Below, one piece after another: positions 10,676 to 18,344 of a DNA stretch of 64,000 bases (the first letter of the stretch is position 1; every line of letters starts with the position of its first letter). A model generated the notes under the pieces. The model ran no database searches, was not told the DNA's origin, and saw only the letters and a program-made list of their open reading frames with translations. The stretch covers positions 1 to 64,000 of the forward strand of contig JBGARZ010000017.1 in NCBI GenBank assembly GCA_044229975.1. The letters are read 5' to 3'. The stretch comes from Polyangiales bacterium (GTDB lineage Bacteria > Myxococcota_A > Polyangia > Polyangiales > Ga0077539). The position numbers and the translations under genes are program-made.

Positions 10676-11027
10676 AACGCCTCATGCTGACCCCGTCCGC
10701 CAGGTGGTCGACCGACTCGAGCGCGTCCGGTTCGACTCCGCGGGTTCGGTCGCTCGGGCGATCAAGTCCGAGGTACGCGATGCTGGCCTCAACGTTGACG
10801 AGGACTCGCACGGCCGGGCGACGCTGTGCCGCGGGCGCCTGCAGGTCGTCCGCATCACGGAGTTTCAGAACCACTGCCGCGTGGCCATCCGTCAGCCTGA
10901 GGACGTGAGGTTGCGACGGGGCGAATCCATCACGAGCGACTTCTGGCGAACCGACACGTTCTCTGTCAGCGACGCGGCCTTGCTCCGGGAGGCGATCGCG
11001 CTCGTCTCGCGACTTTGGTCGAACTGA
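10676..11027 (+). pseudogene. 3' part of the IS-interrupted HsdR_N-like gene
   Basis: The empty-site reconstruction reads ...KAEPG|TPHADPVRQVV... in frame to TGA11027, giving 333 aa in total. Confidence 0.75.
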
Positions 11028-11075
11028 GAGCCCACGCCATCCTTCAGACGGTGTCCCCACAAACGTAGCGCATCC

Positions 11076-11640
11076 CTACGCCGCGAGGTCCACCGACCGC
11101 CCCGCCGCGCGCCGCGGCCGCGTGAGGTCGGGTGTCGGGCGCTTCAACTTCCGCCGCCTCTCCTCCGCGCGGATGAAGCGGCGCGCCGAGGTCTCCCCGG
11201 CCCACATGCACATCACCGAGTCGCCGTGCTCCTCGCGCCGAGGGCGTGACGACGGTTGGCCTCGCGGTGACGGCGGCCACGCTCGCGGCGCCGACACGCG
11301 GGCGAGCAGTAGCGCTGCCCACGATCGCAGTGCAGACAGAGGGCCGACAGGGCGCCGCAGTCGCGCGCCTCGCATCGGAGCAGACGGAAGGACAACGAGA
11401 GGTCGAGCGCCACCACCGCGACGTCCGACCGGGTGGGCGTGGACGCGACCGGCCGGCTGTGCGACCCACAGGATGTCGCCGCACGGCACCGCCCAGGCGA
11501 CCGAAGGCTCGGGAGGTAGATGCTCCCGGGCCTTCAAGTTTTCTCCGGCCAGACCCCCGGGACTCCACCCCAAGGCGCCCGACGAGTCACCCCGCCGTCG
11601 GGACCCTCACGAAACCTCCGCTTCTACGCGGCCATCAACA
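11076..11640 (-). mobile_element. Decayed IS21-like left end with frameshifted CDRGQRYCS-type ORF
   Basis: The minus strand begins TGTTGATGGCCGCGTAGAAG at 11640, exactly where the MarR gene is cut. It contains a 13-bp hairpin (11503-11535) and ORF 11213-11416 (CLHCDRGQRYCSPACR). No transposase remains; the inner boundary is approximate. Confidence 0.5.
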
Positions 11641-11859
11641 GGTGGACGACTGGGAATGTCCGATCTCGTCGGCCATTGCCGTCAAGCTCGCGCCCGCGCC
11701 CTTGTAGAGCAGGTAGACCACCGGGAACCACTTGGGCTGCAGCTCGGTCCCGTAGGCGGCGTAGATCGCGCCCGCGTCCTCGGTGATCTTGTCGGCGAGC
11801 AGGCGCAGGCGCAGGCGCGAGCCCAGAGCCATCGGTCTGGTGCGCTTGAAGAACTCCAC
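11635..11859 (-). pseudogene. Truncated MarR(-GNAT) family regulator
   Basis: VEFFKRTRPMALGSRLR...KITEDAGAIY...PKWFPVVYLL...MADEIGHSQ stops in the middle of the HTH. Confidence 0.7.
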
Positions 11860-12249
11860 GAGCAGAATGTGCAATTGGCTACGGAGTTCGTCGAGGCCTC
11901 CTGTCACGGCACCTGTTCCGCGCAGTTCTGTTCGAGGCCATCGTGTTCTTGAATGTGAGGGTGCCTGTCAGCCCGTGGCCGGGTCGCCGCCTCAATTTCC
12001 GACGGCGTGCTGCGTGCGTCGCGTGTCGCCGATGGGCGCCTCTCGCGACCAGCGAGCGTGGCAGCGCACCATCTCCTCGCGATCGGAACAGGGTGGCGAG
12101 GGAATGTGCTCCAGGTCCGCGCCCGGCTCGCCATTGGCGGGCCGGACATCGAGCTCGCGGACGTCCCAGAGCGCGCTGTGCTTTCCGTGTGCGAGCACTC
12201 ACCCGCGGAGGGCGAGATCGAACCTTACCAGGCTTGGTATGGCCGACCG

Positions 12250-12612
12250 ATGAGTGATCCCACATCCCCTCGTCGATGCTCCGAGTGCCCGAAGCTCTTC
12301 GTCCCTCGCGCCACGGCACGGAAACAACAGGCCGTCTGCTCCGAGAGGTGTCGCAAGGCACGGCGGGCTCGTCGCGCGCGAGAGCAACGACACGAAGACC
12401 TCGAGGCATGCCGCGAGGTCGAGCGCAAACGGCAGAAGATCTACCGCGCCACGGTGCCCGAGCCGACCGGCGACCCCGCGGAGGTGCGGGTCCCGCTTGG
12501 CGTCGTCCTGAACCTGGTCACCGCCGGGTTCGAGCGCCTCAACCTGTCACTGACGACCTTCAAACGTAGCCTGCTTCGAGCCCTTCGAGCCGCAGCGCGT
12601 CGGGGATCCTGA
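12250..12612 (+). CDS. Small zinc-finger-like basic protein, paralog of 6621-7052
   Basis: RCSECPKLFVPRATARKQQAVCSERCR...ERKRQK. Confidence 0.6.
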   Translation: MSDPTSPRRCSECPKLFVPRATARKQQAVCSERCRKARRARRAREQRHEDLEACREVERKRQKIYRATVPEPTGDPAEVRVPLGVVLNLVTAGFERLNLSLTTFKRSLLRALRAAARRGS

Positions 12613-12797
12613 GCAGTCTGCGTACCCTGTCACGCGCCAGGTAACCCCGGCATTCCTCGTACCTCAAAGGCCGAAACCTGCCGCTGTCACGCGACATCTT
12701 GTGAACGTGCTGCCGCAAGGCCAACGCTGAACTGGGCAACCGACCGGTCGTCCGGCGGGTCGGTTCGATGCGCGACAAATGCAGAGACTCCACGGCG

Positions 12798-12820
12798 GTG
12801 CCGTGCCGTGCCGTGCCGTG
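12798..12820. repeat. Pentanucleotide microsatellite (GTGCC)x4+GTG upstream of the recombinase
   Basis: Read directly from the sequence. Confidence 0.85.
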
Positions 12821-12869
12821 AGCCGGTCGCTCGAGCAATCGGCCCGAGCGTTGTCGGGAAGGGAGAGAC

Positions 12870-14423
12870 GTGAAAGCTGAACGGACCACTGCCGAGCAGA
12901 CACCGATTCCGGCTGCGGCCTACGTCCGCATGTCGACCGAGCACCAGCAGTACTCGACCGAGAACCAGTTGGACACGGTCCGCGAGTACGCAGCGCGACG
13001 CGGCCTGGACATCGTCCGCACGTTCCGCGACGAGGGGCGAAGCGGATTGACGATCGAGGGGCGCGACGGGCTGAAGGAACTTCTTGCCCTCGTCACCTCT
13101 GGGAAGGCGGACTTCCGCGCCATCCTCGTCTACGACGTGAGCCGCTGGGGGAGGTTTCAGAACGCCGACGAGAGCGCCTACCACGAGTACCTCTGCCAGC
13201 GGGCTGGGATCAGGATCCACTACTGCGCCGAGCAGTTCGAGAACGACGGCTCGCCCGCGGCGACGATCGTGAAAGCAGTGAAGCGGACGATGGCCGGCGA
13301 GTACAGCCGCGAGCTCTCCGGCAAGGTCTTCCAGGGGCAGTGTCGGCTCATCGAGCTGGGCTTCCGGCAGGGGGGCTCGGCGGGCTACGGTCTCCGACGC
13401 CTGCGCCTCGGAGCGGATCGCACGCCCAAGGGTGAGCTCGCCCGGGGGGAGCAGAAGGGTCTGCAGACCGATCGGGTCGTCCTCGCCCTCGGTCCGCCCG
13501 AGGAGGTCGAACTCGTGCGCCGCATCTATCGGATGTTCGTCACGGACCGAATGACCGAGGCCACGATCGCGCGCCTGCTCACCGCGGAAGGCATCGTCGG
13601 CGAGGGTGGTCGCCCGTGGACGAGGGGGACGGTCCACGAGGTGCTGACCAACGAGAAGTACATCGGCAACAACGTCTTCTACAGGACCTCGTTCAAGCTG
13701 AAGCGCGTCCGGTTGAAGAACCCGAAGGAGATGTGGATCCGCTGCGACGGCGCCTTCCCGCGGCTCATCGACCCGCCCACGTTCTACATCGCGCGCGGGA
13801 TGATCCTCGCGCGGCATCGGAAGGCGACCGACGAGGACCTTCTCGGCCACCTCAAGGGCCTCTTCGACCGCCACGGGCGCCTCTCGGGGCTGCTCATCGA
13901 TGAGACCGAGGGGATGCCCTCCTCGACGTCCTACCGGCACCGCTTCGGGAGCCTCGTTCGCGCCTACCAGCTCGTCGGATTCACGCCCGACCGTGACTAC
14001 ACCTACCTGGAGGTCAACCGCCGCCTGCGCCGCCTCCACCCGGAGGTCGTCCAAGGCGTGGTCGAGTCCCTCGAGCGCCTCGGCGCGCGCGTCGAGCGGG
14101 CCTCCGGCGACGACCTGCTGCTGGTGAACGGGATGACGCGGGTCTCGGTAGTCCTCGCGCGCCACGAGCGGACCGACGCGGGGGGTTCGCGCTGGCACAT
14201 CCACCTCGACGCGAGCCTCTCTCCGGACCTCACCATTGCCGTGCGCATGGAGGCCTCGAACGAGGCCGCCCTCGACTACTACCTTCTGCCCTCCATCGAC
14301 TTCGAGGACGGCCGACTCTCCCTCGCGGAGGACAATGGGGCCCGCCTCGACGGGTACCGGTTTGACACGCTCGACTACTTCTTCGGGATGGCCGAGCTCG
14401 TCTCCATCGAGGTGGCGGCATGA
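12870..14423 (+). CDS. Large serine recombinase (resolvase + recombinase domains)
   Basis: Catalytic AAYVRMSTEHQ, DEGRSG, YDVSRWGR, GGSAGYG, VLTNEKYIG. Confidence 0.93.
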   Translation: MKAERTTAEQTPIPAAAYVRMSTEHQQYSTENQLDTVREYAARRGLDIVRTFRDEGRSGLTIEGRDGLKELLALVTSGKADFRAILVYDVSRWGRFQNADESAYHEYLCQRAGIRIHYCAEQFENDGSPAATIVKAVKRTMAGEYSRELSGKVFQGQCRLIELGFRQGGSAGYGLRRLRLGADRTPKGELARGEQKGLQTDRVVLALGPPEEVELVRRIYRMFVTDRMTEATIARLLTAEGIVGEGGRPWTRGTVHEVLTNEKYIGNNVFYRTSFKLKRVRLKNPKEMWIRCDGAFPRLIDPPTFYIARGMILARHRKATDEDLLGHLKGLFDRHGRLSGLLIDETEGMPSSTSYRHRFGSLVRAYQLVGFTPDRDYTYLEVNRRLRRLHPEVVQGVVESLERLGARVERASGDDLLLVNGMTRVSVVLARHERTDAGGSRWHIHLDASLSPDLTIAVRMEASNEAALDYYLLPSIDFEDGRLSLAEDNGARLDGYRFDTLDYFFGMAELVSIEVAA

Positions 14424-15289
14424 GCGACGTACAGATGATTCCCATCCGGGAGATCCGCCTCATCAACCCGCGGGTCCGGAGCAAGGTGAAGTTCCGCGAG
14501 ATCGTGGGCAACATCGCGAAGATCGGCCTGAAGCGGCCCATCACGGTGAGCCGTCGGGCGGAGGGCGAGGACGGTTACGACCTCGTGTGCGGCCAGGGAA
14601 GGCTGGAGGCGTACCTCGCGCTCGGCCAGACCGAGGTGCCGGCGCTCGTCGTCGACGTCCCGGCGGAGGACCGCTACCTCATGAGCCTCGTCGAGAACCT
14701 CGCGCGGCGCACCGGGAACCCGATGGAGCTCATGCGGCAGATCGGTGCCCTCGAGACGCGCGGATACAGTTCCACCGAGATCGCCGCGAAGGTCGACCTG
14801 AGCGACGCCTACGTGCGAGGCATCCTGCGGCTCCTGCGGGCTGGGGAGGAGCGCCTGCTGATCGCGGTCCATCGCGGTGAGGTGCCGATGGCCCTCGCCA
14901 TCGAGATCGCCTCCACCGACGACGTCGAGATGCAGCGCAAGCTCCACGAGGCCTACGACAGCGGGGCGCTGCGAGGGAACGCGGTCACCAAGGTGCGGCG
15001 TCTCATCGAGTTGCGGCGCACGAAGGGCAAGGGAACCGCCTGGGCCCGAAAGTCCGGCAGCCGGGCAGAACCCGGCATTTCGGCGGGCGATCTCGTGAGG
15101 ACGCTCCAGCGCGACGCGGAACGACAGAAGCTTCAGATCAAGCGCGCCCAGTACTGCGAGCAGCAGCTCCTCTGCTTGAGCGCCGCGGTGCGCGAGCTCC
15201 TCGGCGACGGGGCCTTCGCGAAGCTCCTCAAGGGCGAGTCGCTCGACAAGCTTCCGAAGTACCTCGCGGAGGAGATCAAGAAGCGATGA
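14420..15289 (+). CDS. ParB/RepB-like protein 1
   Basis: IGLKRPITV...LVCGQGRLEA, MSLVENLAR and an HTH; ATGA overlap with the recombinase. Confidence 0.88.
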   Translation: MSDVQMIPIREIRLINPRVRSKVKFREIVGNIAKIGLKRPITVSRRAEGEDGYDLVCGQGRLEAYLALGQTEVPALVVDVPAEDRYLMSLVENLARRTGNPMELMRQIGALETRGYSSTEIAAKVDLSDAYVRGILRLLRAGEERLLIAVHRGEVPMALAIEIASTDDVEMQRKLHEAYDSGALRGNAVTKVRRLIELRRTKGKGTAWARKSGSRAEPGISAGDLVRTLQRDAERQKLQIKRAQYCEQQLLCLSAAVRELLGDGAFAKLLKGESLDKLPKYLAEEIKKR

Positions 15290-16161
15290 AGAAGACCGTC
15301 AAGCGTGCCTTCGAGGACGGGACGCTGACCCTTCCCCTCGACCGGATCCTTCCGACGAAGAAGCTCGGTCCGACGCTCCGGGAGTCCGTCCGCTACCAGG
15401 CGATCCTCGCGTCGATCGCGGAGCTCGGCGTCATCGAGCCTCTCGTGGTCTTCCCCGATCGTGACGGGGCCTACCTGCTCCTCGACGGTCACGTCCGGCT
15501 GGAGGCACTGCGTGAGCGGGGCGCGACCGAGACCACCTGTCTCGTCTCGACCGACGACGAGACCTACACCTACAACCACAAGGTTAACCGCGTCGCCCCG
15601 ATCCAGGAGAACCGGATGATCCTGAAGGCCATCGAGGGCGGGGCGACCGAGGCGCGGATCGCCCGCGCTCTCAACATGACCACCGAGACGGTGCGGCGAC
15701 GTCGGACGATGTTGAACGGCATCTGCAAGGAAGCCGTCGAGCTCCTCAAGGACAAGCCGATCTGCCTGACCACCCTCAACGCACTGCGCGCCGTGAAGCC
15801 GGTCCGTCAGGTTGAGGTCGCGGAGCTCATGAACATCATGAACACCTACACGCGCTCGTACATGGGCGCGCTGGTCGCGGCGACGCCAGCCGAGGCCCTC
15901 GTCGAGACCCAGGCGCGTCGCCCGCCGGTGGCCCGACCGGAGGATCTGGCGAAGGTCGAACGGGAACTGCACGCGCTGGAGCAGAGCGTGTTCGACGTCC
16001 GCGAGTCCCACAGTCGCAACGTCATGCATCTCACGCTGGCGCGGACGTGGCTCCGTTCCCTCCTCGCCAACGCGAAGGTCGTGACCTTCCTGGCCCGGAA
16101 GCATCCGGAGACCCTGAAGCTGTTTCAGAGCATCGCCGAGCTCACGGCCCTGAGCGCGTGA
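15286..16161 (+). CDS. ParB/RepB-like protein 2
   Basis: GVIEPLVV...LLDGHVRLEAL, DDETYTYN; ATGA overlap. Confidence 0.88.
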   Translation: MKKTVKRAFEDGTLTLPLDRILPTKKLGPTLRESVRYQAILASIAELGVIEPLVVFPDRDGAYLLLDGHVRLEALRERGATETTCLVSTDDETYTYNHKVNRVAPIQENRMILKAIEGGATEARIARALNMTTETVRRRRTMLNGICKEAVELLKDKPICLTTLNALRAVKPVRQVEVAELMNIMNTYTRSYMGALVAATPAEALVETQARRPPVARPEDLAKVERELHALEQSVFDVRESHSRNVMHLTLARTWLRSLLANAKVVTFLARKHPETLKLFQSIAELTALSA

Positions 16162-16324
16162 ACGCCTCCGACGTGTCCTGGTCTGCGAGGCGCTCGTCGG
16201 TCGGGGCCTCCGACATCAATGACCTCGACTCGACGGGCTCGCTCAGATCCACGTCGTGGCTTTCGACGGGGACGGGTGCCCGCGTTCCACGCTCACGCAG
16301 TCGGCGGTCGAAACGTCGCGCGCT

Positions 16325-18220
16325 TCAGTAGTTGCCCGGAGTGGGACGCACAGCACGCTCAGTTGTAGCCTCGGGGCCGAAGCGCATCGGGTAGTCGACC
16401 TCGACGTCACCGCCCTCGGGCTGCGGATAGCGCCAGCTCTGCACACTCGTCTGGATGCAACGGCTGAGCACGGGATTGTGGACCGTATCCGAGATGATCC
16501 GTGTGTTGCGGACCTGGCCGCCTTCGCCGACACGGACACGCAACACGATGACCCCGGCGACCGCGTCGTCGCGCGAGGCGTTGGTGTAGCAGTGAGTGAT
16601 CTGCGATCGGTTGCGGTTATAGACAGTGCGGAATGCCGTCGGGTCCTCCAAGTGACCGGTGGCGTCGGTTTGGTCACCCAAGCCGACCCCACCGCCGGCG
16701 GGGCGCCCTGCGTCTCCTTGCGTGATCGTCCCGCTCACGCCGAAGATGCCGCTAGGCGTCGATGGCCTTGGTGCGGGAGTCACCGGATCGAGGGCGGTGG
16801 GCGATCCTTGGACTTCCGATACGGGCGCGAGAACCGGTCTTTCTGGGCGACGTGTTGTTGCGCCCGCAGGATTGGGCACGTTCAGACCGCGGTTGGACGG
16901 AGCGGCAGCAGATGGACGTCCAGCAGGCATGGGAGTCGGCTGCGCAGCCTGATCGGAAGGCGGATGGGGTGCGCCTGTGGTCGGAGCCGTAGTCGTCGTT
17001 CGTGGTGGCTCCTGGTGGGCGTCGACCACTGGAGTCAACGGATCGGTGTGAGTGTTTCTGAGAGCAATGCCAAGCGCGGCGACGGAAACGAGCACGCCGA
17101 TGCCGACGCCCATGCTGATGATGGTGACGACCCTGCGCATGTTGTTGGGCCTCGACGCGCCTGGACGAGGATTCGCCCGCTCCGCGATGAGCTCGGTTCC
17201 GCCTCCCATCGGATGACCCTGCGAAGGACGACGCGGGACGGCGGCGGCCGGTTCACCCGGTGTGTGTGGGATCGAGGGTGGCGACACGCGCGTCGCAGGC
17301 ACAACGCGGTCTGTCGAGAGCGCGGCGGCAAGGCTCGCGACCGCCTCGCTTACGGTCGCGAAACGCGCGCTGACGTCCCTGTTCACACACCTCGCGAACC
17401 ATGGGTCGAACCCCGAAGGCACGAGCGCCGACGATCCGCCCAGGGATCGCAGTCGTTCACTCGGTGGAACGAGCGGCGCGTTCCCCGCGAGTTCTCCCAG
17501 GAGCGCGTAGACGTTGAACACCTCGTCAGGGACGTTCGCGTTGATCCAGTAGAAGCGCCCGGTGAGCAGACGGAAAGCGATCAGTCCGAAGGACCACACG
17601 TCCGTCGCCGCGCTGACCGTTCTCCCCTTGATCCCCTGCTCGGGGGCGAGCCAATGCGGCGACCCGATGGCGGTGGTCACGGTGGCCGACTGCCGCCCCT
17701 CCTTCACGAGCCGCGCGATCCCGAAGTCCAACACCTTCACGTCGAACGGCACGCCTTCGGTCTGCGACGGCGCGATGAAGATGTTTTCGGGCTTGAGGTC
17801 GCAATGAACTACTCCGGCGGCGTGTGCCGCCGAGAGCGCGTGTCCTACCTGACGCAGCACGGCGAGCACGACTCCCGGTGCCAGGGGACCACGGCTCGAC
17901 GAGTAGTCAGCGAGGTTCTGGCCGTCGAGGAACTCCATCGCCAACCACGGGGTCTGCGTCGGTTCATCGATGCCCGCGGCCAACACCTTCACGACGTGGC
18001 TGCTCTTGATACGGCTCGACACCCGCGCCTCGTGCTCGAATCGTTCGCGACTCTTCGCGTCGATGAGTAGATCTGGCAGCATGATCTTCAGCGCGACGGT
18101 GTTCCCGGTGCTTCGTTGCTCGGCGCGGTAGACGGCCCCCATGCCGCCCCGCGCGACGGGGGCGCCGATCAAGAAGTCGCGCGCGAAGATGGTCCCCGGA
18201 GGCAGTTCGGCGAGCGCCAT
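16325..18220 (-). CDS. Membrane Ser/Thr protein kinase with C-terminal AgmX/PglI (TonB-C-like) domain
   Basis: RGGMGAVY, VALK, HCDLKPEN, DFG, APE, DVWSFG; a TM segment; C-terminal ITHCY...RCIQTSVQSWRYPQP...YPMRF. Confidence 0.88.
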   Translation of the reverse strand: MALAELPPGTIFARDFLIGAPVARGGMGAVYRAEQRSTGNTVALKIMLPDLLIDAKSRERFEHEARVSSRIKSSHVVKVLAAGIDEPTQTPWLAMEFLDGQNLADYSSSRGPLAPGVVLAVLRQVGHALSAAHAAGVVHCDLKPENIFIAPSQTEGVPFDVKVLDFGIARLVKEGRQSATVTTAIGSPHWLAPEQGIKGRTVSAATDVWSFGLIAFRLLTGRFYWINANVPDEVFNVYALLGELAGNAPLVPPSERLRSLGGSSALVPSGFDPWFARCVNRDVSARFATVSEAVASLAAALSTDRVVPATRVSPPSIPHTPGEPAAAVPRRPSQGHPMGGGTELIAERANPRPGASRPNNMRRVVTIISMGVGIGVLVSVAALGIALRNTHTDPLTPVVDAHQEPPRTTTTAPTTGAPHPPSDQAAQPTPMPAGRPSAAAPSNRGLNVPNPAGATTRRPERPVLAPVSEVQGSPTALDPVTPAPRPSTPSGIFGVSGTITQGDAGRPAGGGVGLGDQTDATGHLEDPTAFRTVYNRNRSQITHCYTNASRDDAVAGVIVLRVRVGEGGQVRNTRIISDTVHNPVLSRCIQTSVQSWRYPQPEGGDVEVDYPMRFGPEATTERAVRPTPGNY

Positions 18221-18344
18221 GTCGGGGCGACTCTACATCGGGCAGCGTCGCCGAACGCGGCTCGGCTGCGCCGCTCACCTGTCCGGCGTGTTGTCGCGAC
18301 TTTGTGACTCCCCTACGTCGTGAAACTGCGACTCTCGCGGGCGA

